From contig CAVYJM010000006.1 of NCBI GenBank assembly GCA_963768855.1, positions 1 to 64,000 of the forward strand: a stretch of 64,000 nt of DNA. Direction: 5' to 3'. The position numbers and the translations under genes were made by a program. The notes beneath the pieces are model-generated. The model made no database searches. It was not told the origin of the DNA and worked only from the letters and a program-made list of their open reading frames with translations. The DNA is from an uncultured Thermoplasmata archaeon. GTDB taxonomy: Archaea > Thermoplasmatota > Thermoplasmata > RBG-16-68-12. Below, in pieces: positions 51,561 through 61,992 of the stretch (the stretch's first letter is position 1; every line of letters starts with the position of its first letter).

Positions 51561-54452
51561 TCAAGCGACCAACTCGGCGAAAAGGCGCGCGGTGCTGGCG
51601 TAGGTGTCCCGCAGCCGCGCCTCCAGCCGGCTGGCATCCGGCTCGCCGGTTATTTGCAGCAGAAGGCGGGTCAAATCCTTGGGCGCGGTCTTGGGGTCGA
51701 ACCCGCCCTCGGTGCAGAGCCGCAGGATTTGCGCCACGTCCTGATAAAGCTCCACCGCGCGCAACAGCGTGTTGCCGTCGGCCCGGCTCAGAATGCCGGC
51801 GTGGATCAGGTTCCGCAGCGCCTGCGCCGTGTTCGGGCTCAAGACCGCCGGTTCGTCCGCCGCGTGCACAATCAGGAGGAACTGCGTGATGAATTCCGCG
51901 TCGATGAGCCCGCCCTTATGCGTTTTCGTCCGCCAGATGTCGGCCGTGCCCTTCTCCGGCCTCGATCCGGACCCGCATTTCGCGCACGTCGGTGGCGGTT
52001 TTGTCCCGGTCGCGCCGCATGGTGAGCACCTGATGGATATCCTCAGCCAGCCGCGCCCGCAGCGCCGCCGGTCCCGCGATCGCCCGCGCCCGGGTCAGCG
52101 CCAGATGCTCCCACGTCCAGGCTTCCTTCAGCTGATAGGCGAGGAAGCCGTCGAGGCGCACGGCCACCGGCCCGGCCTTGCCGGAGGGCCTGAGCCGCAT
52201 ATCGACCGGATAAAGCAGGCCCTCCGGCGTTGGCGCCGAGATCGCCGCGATCAGCCGCTGCGTCATCCGTGCATAATGATGCGAGGCCTGCGGCGCTGCA
52301 TCGGGCGGCGTGTCGTAGACCACGATCAAATCCAGATCGGAGGAGGCGGCCATTTCGCGCCCGCCGAGCTTGCCCATGCCGATCACCGCCGGCGCGGGAA
52401 AGCCGCCGCCATATTGCGCTTGCACCGCGTCGAGCAGGCTTTCGATCACCGCCTCCGCGACCAGCGAATAATCCTCGCCTGCCTCGGCTGGCGCGAGCTG
52501 CCGCGACAGCAGCCGCACGCCGATGGCGAAGGCTTGCTCCTGGCCCGTGATGCGCGCGCGGTCCAGCCGCTCCTCGTAGGACGCTGGCCTCGAAAATCTC
52601 ACGCCGGATCAGCGCCTTGAGATCCTCCTCGGAGGGCCTTTCGCCGATATAGCCTGGGTCGAGAATCGCGTCCATCAGGCGCCGGCGGCGGCCCAGGATG
52701 TGGGCGAGCCGGGGCGCGGACCCCATGATTTGAGCGATGAGCCGCAAAAGATGCGGATTGGCCCGCAGCATGGAAAACAGCTGCAAGGCGCTGGGCGCCT
52801 CTTTCAAGAAGGCGTCGAAGGTTCCCAACGCCAGGTCCGGGTCGCTGGTATCGCCGAGCGCTTCCAGGAGCGCGGGCGTGAACTCGGTGAGGATCTCCCG
52901 CGCGCGCTCGCTTCGCATCGCTTTGTAGCGGCCGTAATGCCAGCCTTTCACGGTGGCGATGGCCGTGGACGGGCTCTTGAAGCCGAGCTTCTCCAGCGTA
53001 TCCACGGTTCCCGGATCGTCGGCATCGCCGGTGAAGGCGAGATTGCCCGCGACGCGCTGGGGCGTCAGCTCGGGCGTGCTCTCGAACAGCGCGGCGTAAT
53101 GCGCCTCCACGTTCTGCATATGCCAGCGCAGTTCGCTCTTGAAGCGGTCCAGGCTCGCATAGCCGGCAAAGCGGGCGAATTTGGCCAGCTCCTCTTCGCT
53201 CGCGGGAAGCGTATGCGTCTGCTGGTCCGCCATCATTTGCAGACGGTGCTCCAAGCGCCGCAAATAGCGGTAGGCGGCCGAAAGATCGTCGCGGACGGGC
53301 GCGCCGATCCAGTCGAATTTCGCAAGCAGCGTCAGCCCGGTAAGCGTCTCCCGCGCGCGCAGCGCGGGCTGCCGGCCTCCAGCGATAAGCTGCTGGGATT
53401 GCACGAAAAACTCAATCTCGCGGATGCCGCCCCGCCCTAGCTTCAGATTATGCCCGGCAATCGCGATCCGCTGATGCCCCTTGGCGGCATGGATCTGGCG
53501 CTTCATCGCGTGAATGTCGGAGATGGCGTTAAAGTCGAGGTATTTCCGCCAGATATAGGGCTCAAGCGCCTTGAGAAACGCATTCCCTGCCGCGATGTCG
53601 CCGGCCACCGGGCGCGCCTTGACAAGCGCCGCGCGCTCCCAATTCTGGCCCAGGCTTTCGTAATAGCGGAAGGCGGCTTCGGTCGAGATCGCTGCCTGCG
53701 TCGAGCCTGGATCGGGGCGCAGCCGCAGATCGGTGCGGAAGACATAGCCGTCAGCCGTGCGCTCCTGCAGGATGTGGACGAGATCGCGGGTGAGTTGAAC
53801 GAAAAACGTGGCGGGTTCGGTACCTGGGCCAAGCGGCGCGCAGTCGCGGCAGTAAAAGACGATCAGGTCGATGTCGCTCGAATAATTGAGTTCATGCGCG
53901 CCGTATTTGCCCATGCCGAGGATGACAAGGCCGCTGCCTTTCTCGGGATTTGCGGGATCGCGAGGCACATATTTCCCCGCACGCGCGGCCCGGCGCAGCA
54001 GAAAGCGGATGGCAGCGCCCACGAACAGATCGGCGGCTTCGCTCAGCCTGCGCGTGACCTCGTCCACGGTCCAAATGCCGGCCAGGTCGGCGAATGCGAT
54101 CAGAAAGGCGATTTCCGTCTTGCCTTGCCTCAAGATGCGCATGATATCGCGCTGCGCCTCCGCCGCCGCGGCTTCGCGGCTGGTGCGCGACAGGATTTCG
54201 TCGAAATGGGTTTCCGGGGCCGTGTAGAGCGTTGAGGTGAGGAGCAGCGGAGACTTTTCCGCCAAGCCCGCGAGGTAGGAAGAGCCCGCGAAGACGCCGC
54301 CCAGAAAAGCTGGCAATGCGGTCCGGGAATGCTGGCAGCGGCGGCTTCAGGGCAGCGCAAACCCGTTCGAGCCAGCGGCGGCCGTTGCCGGATTCATCGG
54401 CGGCGGGCCCTTCGATCAGGCGTCCGGAAAAGGGACCCGAGCTAATCGGCAT
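51561..54452 (-). CDS. glnE: Bifunctional glutamine synthetase adenylyltransferase/removase (indels near 54320, 52615 and 51920)
   Basis: Two nucleotidyltransferase domains: LGMGKYGAHELNYSSDIDL and IGMGKLGGREM..SSDLDL; NLKLGRGGIREIEF. Confidence 0.93.
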
Positions 54453-55917
54453 GGCTAAGCACGGGTTGAAGCTGGACGCTGGTTGCCGCGCCTTCAGCCG
54501 GCAGGTTTTTCTTGAGCGAGAGGCGGACTTTAAGGCCCGGCCGGTTATCCTCAAGCGAGATCGAGCCGCCATGCAGCCGGGCAACCGCGGCCACCAGGCT
54601 AAGCCCTAAGCCGCTGCCCGGAATGGAGCGGCTGGGCTGGAGGCGCACAAAGCGTTGCAGGACGCGCTCCCGGTCGCTCTGCGGAATGCCGGGACCCCGG
54701 TCGGCGATCGCAATGTCCACGGTATCTCCCTTGTCCTCAAGGCCGATATCCACTGTGAGCGGCGAGCCGCCCTGCTGGATCGCGGCCTCCGCGAGCGGAC
54801 CCGCATATTTGATCGCATTGTCCAGGAGGTTGGCCAGCGCTTGCCCGATCAGGTTCTTTTCGCCGCACATCATAACATCGCCCACGCAAGAAAGCCGCAA
54901 GGCAAGCCCGCGCTCCTCGGCGGCAGGCTCGTATAGCTCGGCTACATCGCGGGTCAACGTACAGACATTGAGTGGTCCGAAGCTTTCGGAGCGCGAGCCG
55001 GCCTCCAGGCGCGCGATGCTCAGGAGCGAGTCGAAGGTCTGGATCAGCGCGTCCGCCTCCTCGATGACCGAGCCCAGGGCCTCGGCCAGATTTTCCGGCG
55101 AGCGGCTCGTTTGCAGCGCGCGCTCCGCCCGCGTGCGCAACCGGTGCAGCGGCGTTTTGAGGTCGTGCGCGATATTGTCCGAAACGTCCTTGAGCCCGGT
55201 CATGAGGTCCTGGATGCGGTCGAGCATGGCATTCAGGTTGCGGGCCTGGCGGTCGAACTCGTCGTTCCGGCCCGTAACCGGAATGCGCTGGGCCATATTG
55301 CCTTGCATGATGGCCCGCGCCGTATTCGAGGCCGCATCCACGCGCCCCAAAATCCTGCGGCTCACCATGACGCCCCCGGCAATCCCAATGACAACAATGA
55401 ACGCATAGCCCAAGAAAAAGGCCTGCCGGAGCACGCGCTTGAGCGCCTCCTGGCTTTCGATATTCCGCGCAACGATCAAGTGCAGATCGCCCGGGAGCCG
55501 GGCAACGAGCCCCCAAGCCTCGCTTAACTGGCCGTCATCGCGCTTGCGGTAGACGAACTGCGCGGCGTCCTGGGTATTCCAGAGGTCCGTTGCCACCATG
55601 TCGAGATTGCCCGCAAGCCGTCTGCGGTCGCTGCCGGTGAGAAGGTAAAGCGCGTTGCTCGATGAGGCCGAACGCTCGGAAATCGCTGCCACGAGAGATG
55701 GCACCCCGCCCTCCCGGTAGCGCGTTGCTAGAGCCTCGAAATCGGCCTGCACCGCCGCTTCCGCCTCGTGGCTGAGAAAGCCCTGCATTTCGTGGTTGAC
55801 GTAAATGAAGGTGCCGGCGACTGCCGCGCAAAATAGCGAGATGTAGATGGCAAAAAGCCGGAACGGCGTTGCGAAGACAACGCGCGGAACGAGCTTTTCG
55901 AGTTTAATTGCGGTCAT
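54442..55917 (-). CDS. Membrane sensor histidine kinase (HAMP-HisKA-HATPase)
   Basis: Two transmembrane segments, NIAHDLKTPL, NLLDNAIKY, DRGPGI, GLGLSLV. Confidence 0.94.
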   Translation of the reverse strand: MTAIKLEKLVPRVVFATPFRLFAIYISLFCAAVAGTFIYVNHEMQGFLSHEAEAAVQADFEALATRYREGGVPSLVAAISERSASSSNALYLLTGSDRRRLAGNLDMVATDLWNTQDAAQFVYRKRDDGQLSEAWGLVARLPGDLHLIVARNIESQEALKRVLRQAFFLGYAFIVVIGIAGGVMVSRRILGRVDAASNTARAIMQGNMAQRIPVTGRNDEFDRQARNLNAMLDRIQDLMTGLKDVSDNIAHDLKTPLHRLRTRAERALQTSRSPENLAEALGSVIEEADALIQTFDSLLSIARLEAGSRSESFGPLNVCTLTRDVAELYEPAAEERGLALRLSCVGDVMMCGEKNLIGQALANLLDNAIKYAGPLAEAAIQQGGSPLTVDIGLEDKGDTVDIAIADRGPGIPQSDRERVLQRFVRLQPSRSIPGSGLGLSLVAAVARLHGGSISLEDNRPGLKVRLSLKKNLPAEGAATSVQLQPVLSHAD

Positions 55918-56584
55918 TGCGGATCATGTAGCCCGCCCCGCGCACCGTTTCCAGCAGCGGTTTGTCCTGCCCCTTGTCGATCTTGCTGCGTAGCCTGGAG
56001 ATATGAACGTCGATCACATTGGTCTGCGGATCGAAGTGGTAGTCCCAAACGTTTTCGAGGAGCATCGTTCGCGTGACCACTTGGCCTGCGTGCCGCATGA
56101 GGTATTCGAGGAGGCGGTATTCGCGCGGCTGCAGCAGGATCGTTTCGCCGCCGCGCGTGACTTTGTGCGACAGCCGGTCCAGGACGAGATCGCCCACGGC
56201 GTAGGTCGTGACCGCGCCCTCGGAAGGCCCGCGCCGCGTCAAGGCTTCAACCCGCGCCACCAATTCCACGAGGGAATAAGGCTTGGGCAAGTAGTCGTCG
56301 CCGCCGGCGCGCAGCCCCTTGACCCGGTCGTCGACCGCGCCGAGAGCGCTCAGAATCAGCACGGGCGTGCGGTCGCCGCGCGCCCTGAGCCGCTCAACCA
56401 GCGTCAAACCGTCGAGCTTGGGGAGCATGCGGTCGACGATCAGCACTCCGAAGGTTTGGGTGCTCGCGAGTTCGAAGCCCGCTTCGCCGTCGCTTGCGAT
56501 CTCTGTCTGATAGCCGGCCTCGCCGAGCGCTTTTGCAAGGAAATCGGCCGCCGTGCGGTCGTCTTCAACGATCAAAACTCGCAT
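55904..56584 (-). CDS. OmpR-family response regulator
   Basis: VLIVEDD, IVDRMLP, DDYLPKP, TNVIDVHISRLR.K, TVRG.GY. Confidence 0.95.
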   Translation of the reverse strand: MRVLIVEDDRTAADFLAKALGEAGYQTEIASDGEAGFELASTQTFGVLIVDRMLPKLDGLTLVERLRARGDRTPVLILSALGAVDDRVKGLRAGGDDYLPKPYSLVELVARVEALTRRGPSEGAVTTYAVGDLVLDRLSHKVTRGGETILLQPREYRLLEYLMRHAGQVVTRTMLLENVWDYHFDPQTNVIDVHISRLRSKIDKGQDKPLLETVRGAGYMIRNDRN

Positions 56585-56643
56585 TTTGGCACCCTTGGCG
56601 AGAGTGGGAATGTACCCTTAAGAAATAGGCTGAGGAAAAAGGG

Positions 56644-56669
56644 AAGACGAGGGGGAGCCCCCTCGTCTT
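56644..56669 (-). terminator. Hairpin after degP (terminator-like)
   Basis: AAGACGAGGGGG-AG-CCCCCTCGTCTT on the plus strand; on the minus strand it is followed by CCCTTTTT. Confidence 0.5.
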
Positions 56670-56680
56670 CTGGTTGGAAT

Positions 56681-58231
56681 TTAGTGCTTGCCGTTATCTT
56701 TGTCTTTATCTTTGTCATCGCCGCCGCGGCTGGGCTTCGGATCCAGCGGAAGCGCCAGGAAGCGGGATTGCTTGTCGCGGCCGCGGATCTGCAGGAGCAC
56801 CACACGCTTGCCCTTCTCACGGGCGTCGCGGATGCCGGCGCTCACATCCTCCACGGTCGAAACCGCCTTGCTGTTAAGCTCAAGGATGATATCGCCGCGC
56901 TTGATGCCTTGATCGGCGGCCTTCGAGTTCGGATCGACAGCCGCTACCGCAACGCCTTCCTTCGACTTGCTGCCTGGCAGGTCGGGCGCGGGGACGAGCG
57001 TCAGGCCAAGGTCTTCGACTTCCTTGCCGGCGTCTTCATCGTTGCCGCCGCCCATGAAGGCAACCTTCTCGGTATCCGGATACTCGCCGAGCAGCACGTT
57101 GACGTCGCGCTCAGCGCCATTGCGGAAGATGTGCAGATGAGCGTCGGTGCCTGGGCTCAGCGCCGCGATCGTCCGGGCAAGCTCGCGGGAGTTGGAGACG
57201 GGCTTGCCGTTGACCTGCAGGATGACGTCCTGCATCTTGAGTTCGGACTTGGACGCGGGGCCATCGGCCAAGATCTTCGCGATGAGAGCGCCCTTCCCGT
57301 CCTTCAGGCCAAGCCCTTCGGCGAGGTTATCGTCGACATTCTGAATCTGAACGCCGAGCCAGCCGCTGCTGACCTTGCCCTTGTCCTTGAGCTTCTGCAC
57401 GACGTCGCGCGCCGTGGCCGAGGGGATCGCGAACGCGATGCCGACGCTGCCGCCGCTTGGGCTATAAATCGCGGTGTTCACGCCAATGACCTTGCCGTCG
57501 AGATTGACGGAGGGGCCGCCGGAATTTCCGCGGTTCACAGCTGCGTCGATCTGCAGGAAGTCGTAGGGGCCGGAGCCGATGTCGCGGCCCTGGGCCGAGA
57601 CGATGCCGGCCGTAACCGTGCCACCGAGGCCGAACGGATTGCCGACGGCCAGGACCCAGTCGCCAACGCGCGGTGTGGAATCGGCGAATTCAAGGTAATG
57701 ATCGAACTTCTTTTTGCTCTCGATCTTCAGGAGAGCGATATCGGTGCGGGCATCGCTGCCGACGACCTTGGCCTTGTACTTCTCTTCGTTCTCGAAGGTG
57801 ATCTCGATTTCGTCGGCCTTCTCGGCGACGTGATGGTTCGTCACCACATAGCCGTCCGCGGAGATAAGGAAGCCCGAGCCCTGTGCGCGCATTGGATGCC
57901 GCTCGGGCTGATTGCGCTTGAACTGGTCGAAGAAGTCGCGGAAATCCTGCGGCAAATCCGGTATCGGCACATCCTTGCCTGAAGTTTCGCCCACCGTGCC
58001 GGCGGACTTCACGTTGACGCTGACGACGGCGGGCCGGACTTTGTCGGCCAGATCGGCGAAGCTCGGCGGGCGCTGATCCTGCGCGGCGGCGGCGGTTACG
58101 AACGCGGTTTGCGGGATTACCGCCAGGAGGGTGGCGCCCAGCAGGCCCGCCCCCGCAATCGCACTCAGCGGCCTCAGCCGCCGGCGCGAGAAGAAATTGC
58201 CCGTATCGTCGTGGATTTGTCCGGACGCCAT
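56681..58231 (-). CDS. degP: DegP/Do-family serine endoprotease with two PDZ domains
   Basis: GSGFLIS.DGYVVTNHHV, TDIALLK, NRGNSGGP, two PDZ domains. Confidence 0.92.
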   Translation of the reverse strand: MASGQIHDDTGNFFSRRRLRPLSAIAGAGLLGATLLAVIPQTAFVTAAAAQDQRPPSFADLADKVRPAVVSVNVKSAGTVGETSGKDVPIPDLPQDFRDFFDQFKRNQPERHPMRAQGSGFLISADGYVVTNHHVAEKADEIEITFENEEKYKAKVVGSDARTDIALLKIESKKKFDHYLEFADSTPRVGDWVLAVGNPFGLGGTVTAGIVSAQGRDIGSGPYDFLQIDAAVNRGNSGGPSVNLDGKVIGVNTAIYSPSGGSVGIAFAIPSATARDVVQKLKDKGKVSSGWLGVQIQNVDDNLAEGLGLKDGKGALIAKILADGPASKSELKMQDVILQVNGKPVSNSRELARTIAALSPGTDAHLHIFRNGAERDVNVLLGEYPDTEKVAFMGGGNDEDAGKEVEDLGLTLVPAPDLPGSKSKEGVAVAAVDPNSKAADQGIKRGDIILELNSKAVSTVEDVSAGIRDAREKGKRVVLLQIRGRDKQSRFLALPLDPKPSRGGDDKDKDKDNGKH

Positions 58232-58707
58232 TGGCTTCCCACTCCCCTGTGTAATTAATCGTCAAGTTGATATAGGCGTCCTTAGGTTACAAGCCGCTTG
58301 CCGCTAGATTAAAAAGTGTTAAGGCGGGCGGGCGTCCTGAAAAATCCAGCAAGGAATAATCGCGCCGCTCACAGCAGCGCGCAGGCCGGACATGGCGTGA
58401 ACCATGTGGCAAAGGGGCAATTCGTGGCATCGGGTGTGCAGTAAGCTCAGGCTTGGCAGTCTTGCTGCTTCCAAGGTCTTGAATTCAAAACGAAAGGCGT
58501 TGCTGAAACTCACCCTGGCAAACGAGTGTTCCTAAAACGATTGTGCGCCTTGAGTAACATAAGTGCATCAATCCACGCACAAGATGTCATATTAAGATCA
58601 CAATTCAACTCATGGATGTTGACGCTTGTCTTTTTGCACTCTCAAAATAGGGGCGCAATGTTGCGTCCAAGTTTGGCGTCTTGAGGCGTAGCCAAGAAGG
58701 AGTTGGA

Positions 58708-59820
58708 ATGAAGTTACGTCCGATCAATTTTCTAATAGCGATATTCGCTGTTTTTGTTTCAGTAATTGCAACGGCCTATGGGGCAAGCAAGTCCTGGCAC
58801 CCGGAATCGGTCGCGGCGCGGGAAATGGAGCTTGCCAAAGAGTTCGAGGGAAAGGGCCTGAAGCTAGGCTCGCCGGTCTTCGTCCGCGTGTACAAGCAGA
58901 CTTCCGAGATGGAGCTTTGGGTCCAGCAGGGGCCGCGCTACGTACTTTTCAAGGTCTACAGAATCTGCCGCTGGTCCGGTGGCTTAGGCCCGAAATTCTA
59001 CGAGGGCGACAGGCAGTCGCCTGAGGGGCTTTACCGGATCACAACGTCCGATCTCATCGTGAACCGGCGCTGGGACCGGGCGATGAACATCAATTATCCG
59101 AATACTTTCGACCAGATGAACGGCAGGTCCGGCTCCAGCATCCTCATTCATGGCGGCTGCGGCTCCATTGGCTGCTTTGCGATCCAAAACGAAAATGTGG
59201 AGGAGGTTTACGGGGCGGTGCGCGCCGCGCTGCGCTATGGCCAAAGCTATGTGCCGGTGCTGGCTTTGCCATTCCGTTACTCCGCCATGGCGCCAGAGCG
59301 GGAAGACACGCTGCACATGAGCGAGTTCTGGACCGATTTGCGGCGCGCGGATCTGCTCTTCGAAAGGGATAAGCTTCCGCCCGCCGCCTGGATTTGCGAC
59401 GGCCGCTATTATTTCGCCGACCGGCGCGGCGACAGGCGCCGCCATGCGGTGCACCTGCCGGGCTGCAGGCCGCTCGACAATTCCACCGGCATGCGGGATG
59501 CCAAGAACCGTCCCGAGCCGGAAAAGCCCGTTGTGGATGCCTCCGCGGAGGACACGCAAAAGGCGGACGGCGCGCGGCAAGCCGTGGAGAGCCTCCAAAA
59601 GGCGGTTGAGAATGAACCGCAGGCTGGCAAGCGGAAAAGCATGCCTGCCGGGCTGACGCACGCCGCGCTCAAGGCCCCGGCCGCCTGCCCCCGGAAATAT
59701 CCCCGCTGCCGCTTCTTCGTCGGGGCGGAGCCGAAGCGGGCGCGATCCGCGAGCAGGAAAAGCAACGTCCTCCACGTGAAGCACCACCCCGGCCGGGCCG
59801 GCAAGTTCAGGCGGCTATAG
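58708..59820 (+). CDS. YafK/DpaA-type (YkuD-family) L,D-transpeptidase-like protein
   Basis: Signal peptide, FVRVYK...ELW, GPK..EGD.QSPEG.Y, LIHGGCGSIGCFA. Confidence 0.87.
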   Translation: MKLRPINFLIAIFAVFVSVIATAYGASKSWHPESVAAREMELAKEFEGKGLKLGSPVFVRVYKQTSEMELWVQQGPRYVLFKVYRICRWSGGLGPKFYEGDRQSPEGLYRITTSDLIVNRRWDRAMNINYPNTFDQMNGRSGSSILIHGGCGSIGCFAIQNENVEEVYGAVRAALRYGQSYVPVLALPFRYSAMAPEREDTLHMSEFWTDLRRADLLFERDKLPPAAWICDGRYYFADRRGDRRRHAVHLPGCRPLDNSTGMRDAKNRPEPEKPVVDASAEDTQKADGARQAVESLQKAVENEPQAGKRKSMPAGLTHAALKAPAACPRKYPRCRFFVGAEPKRARSASRKSNVLHVKHHPGRAGKFRRL

Positions 59821-59847
59821 CCCCTGATCGCTTCGCCATCCGGTGGC

Positions 59848-59887
59848 CGTCATCGCGGATAACGCCTCCGGCGTTTCCGGGATGACG
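59848..59887. repeat. Short CGTC-tagged palindrome (family B, copy 5) between convergent genes
   Basis: CGTCATCGCGGATAACGCC-TCC-GGCGTTTCCGGGATGACG. Confidence 0.75.
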
Positions 59888-59921
59888 TTGCAGACCGCGG
59901 GATTTCGGAAGGCACTCCAAT

Positions 59922-60635
59922 TCAGGCGACGCGCCAAAGCTTCGCGGCGTGGAGCATGAAGAGCTTGGGCTCCGATTTGTGCAGCGAGCGGATGGCTTTG
60001 GAACGGCATGAGAGCCCGCCGGCATAGGCGCCGAAGGCTGGCATGATGAGCAGATCCTCCGAAACGCAGAAGCAAGGGCCGGAAAAGCGGTAGCCGCCTG
60101 CCGGCACGCTGGCCTTCGGATGGAGATGGCCCACAATCTGCGGGGTTGCGCGGGCGGCGGCCGGTTCGTGGCGCAGGATCGCGCCGCCAATCTCAATTTC
60201 GGTGCGGGTTTCGCCGCCGCAAAACGCAGGCGTTTCCGGATCGTGATTGCCGCCAAGCCATATCCATTCGTCAACGGATGCGCAAAGCGAGGATAGCTCG
60301 TCCTTATCCGCGGCCGCCATGCGCTCGCCCGCGAAGCAGTCGTCGAAGCTGTCGCCAAGGCAGATAACGCGCTCCGGCCGGTAGGCTTCGAGGACGCGTT
60401 TCAGCCGGTGGAGCGTATCGCGGCTGTCGAGCGCCGGCAGGAGGCGGCCCTTGGACGCGGCGCGCGATCCCTTTTCGAGATGGAGATCCGCAATGATGAG
60501 CGTGTCCCGCGCGCGCATATAGGCGGCGCCGGATGCGTCGAGCGTAAGGGCCAGCCCCGCGAACTCGATCTGAATTGCAGGCTTGCCGGTACCCGGCACC
60601 TGCCCCGGCAGCGCGTCTGTTCCTTGCGATCTCAT
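59922..60635 (-). CDS. pdeM: Ligase-associated DNA damage response metallophosphoesterase/endonuclease
   Basis: IIADLHLEKG, ICLGDSF, WLGGNHD, LRHEP, VGHLHPK, MPAFGAYAGG. Confidence 0.88.
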   Translation of the reverse strand: MRSQGTDALPGQVPGTGKPAIQIEFAGLALTLDASGAAYMRARDTLIIADLHLEKGSRAASKGRLLPALDSRDTLHRLKRVLEAYRPERVICLGDSFDDCFAGERMAAADKDELSSLCASVDEWIWLGGNHDPETPAFCGGETRTEIEIGGAILRHEPAAARATPQIVGHLHPKASVPAGGYRFSGPCFCVSEDLLIMPAFGAYAGGLSCRSKAIRSLHKSEPKLFMLHAAKLWRVA

Positions 60636-60662
60636 GCCAAATCCGCTTGATTGCTTCACGAA

Positions 60663-60775
60663 GTCCCCCCTCATCCTGTCCTTCTCCCCGAGGGGAGAAG
60701 GAACCCTCGAACTGTCCGCAGAGGATGTTCTAGGGTCCTCTCTCCCCTTGGGGAGAGAGACAGAGTGAGGGGGTC
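60663..60775. repeat. Family A repeat, copy 9
   Basis: GTCCCCCCTCATCCTGTCCTTCTCCCCGAGGGGAGAAGG ... CCTCTCTCCCCTTGGGAGAGAGACAGAGTGAGGGGGTC. Confidence 0.85.
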
Positions 60776-60844
60776 TTTCGCCGAAGCCATGAAGCAATCA
60801 ACCGGTTTTGTCATCGCTCCTTTTCGCGTCTCTTCAAAGGCACA

Positions 60845-61753
60845 TCAGGATAGTGTCACCGGCATCACCCACCAGCCGGAATGCTCGCGGCCAACGGCTT
60901 CGGCGGCCAATTTCGCGGCCTCCTGCGTAGGAAACAGGCCAAAGCAGGTCGGGCCGCTGCCGGAAAGCCGGGCGAGCAGGCAGCCCTCTTGCCGCCGGAT
61001 TGCTTCGAGCGCGCGCTCGACGGCGGGCTCGATTGCCACGGCGGGCGGCTCCAGGTCGTTGCGGCCATGCATGAGCGAGGCCGCGGCCTTTTCAGGGCTC
61101 GAAAAGTCCGCCCCGGGGAGCGGGGATGCCGGAATTTCGTCCGGCCGGTATGGGGCCGCGTTCAGACGTTTGAAAACCTCGGCCGTGGAGACCTTTATTC
61201 GCGGATTGACGAGAATTGCAGGGAGCGCTGTCACATTCGCGGCAGGGGTAACGCGCTCGCCGAGGCCGCGCATCCATGCGGCGCGGTTATAAAGGCAGAC
61301 CGGAACGTCCGCGCCGATGGCGGCGGCCTTCTCGATAAAGCTCTCCGCGCAGGCCGGATCGCCGTAAGCGCGCAGCAAAATCCGCAATGCGGCAGCGGCG
61401 TCCGAAGATCCGCCGCCCAACCCCGCCGCGACGGGGATGTGCTTGTCGAGGCGGAAATCGCCGTGAATTTCGCGGCCAAGCCAGCCCGAGACCGCGCGCT
61501 TGGCCTTCAGAATAAGGTTTTCGCCATCGACGGCTCCCGCAAAGGGGCCTTCCATGCTGAGGTGGTCGTCCGGCGCTGGCGTGAAGCTCAGCTCGTCGCA
61601 AAGGTCCGCGAACACGACCAGGCTATCCAGCTCGTGATAGCCGTCGGCCCGCTTGCCCAAGACATGGAGGGTGAGATTGACCTTGGCGCGGGCTTGCTCG
61701 CGGATGATAGCCGGAAGCGCGCCGTCATGCGCTGTTGCTGAAGGATGAGTCAT
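60845..61753 (-). CDS. ispE: 4-diphosphocytidyl-2-C-methyl-D-erythritol kinase
   Basis: ARAKVNLTLHV, IPVAAGLGGGSSDAAA, IGADVP, RLSGSGPTCF. Confidence 0.96.
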   Translation of the reverse strand: MTHPSATAHDGALPAIIREQARAKVNLTLHVLGKRADGYHELDSLVVFADLCDELSFTPAPDDHLSMEGPFAGAVDGENLILKAKRAVSGWLGREIHGDFRLDKHIPVAAGLGGGSSDAAAALRILLRAYGDPACAESFIEKAAAIGADVPVCLYNRAAWMRGLGERVTPAANVTALPAILVNPRIKVSTAEVFKRLNAAPYRPDEIPASPLPGADFSSPEKAAASLMHGRNDLEPPAVAIEPAVERALEAIRRQEGCLLARLSGSGPTCFGLFPTQEAAKLAAEAVGREHSGWWVMPVTLS

Positions 61754-61781
61754 AATCGAACCGTTTTGCCCCTCATGAGCG

Positions 61782-61890
61782 GCATTACCCCTCACCCTGT
61801 CCCCTCTCCCAATGGGAGAGGGGACGCCTTCCCAACGGCTGCGAGCGAGCCCCCTCTCCCATGGGGAGAGGGGCAGGGTGAGGGGTAACG
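61782..61890. repeat. Family A repeat, copy 10
   Basis: GCATTACCCCTCACCCTGTCCCCTCTCCCAATGGGAGAGGG ... CCCCTCTCCCATGGGGAGAGGGGCAGGGTGAGGGGTAACGC. Confidence 0.87.
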
Positions 61891-61992
61891 CGCGTTGTGC
61901 GGATCACCGGCCTTGGGTACTAGACGGCGAAAGCGAATTTGTCGATGCTTCCGCCGCAAATCTAAAAGGCTGTTGCCCTTTGGGCGGGGCCT

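Noticed and set aside
58309-58322. CtrA box upstream of degP
   Set aside because: TTAA-N6-TTAA has a 6-bp spacer, whereas the consensus needs 7.
58425-58468. Sigma54-like motifs upstream of the L,D-transpeptidase gene
   Set aside because: The -12 elements are weak (GTGC, CTGC) and more than 240 bp from the start codon; consistent with chance.
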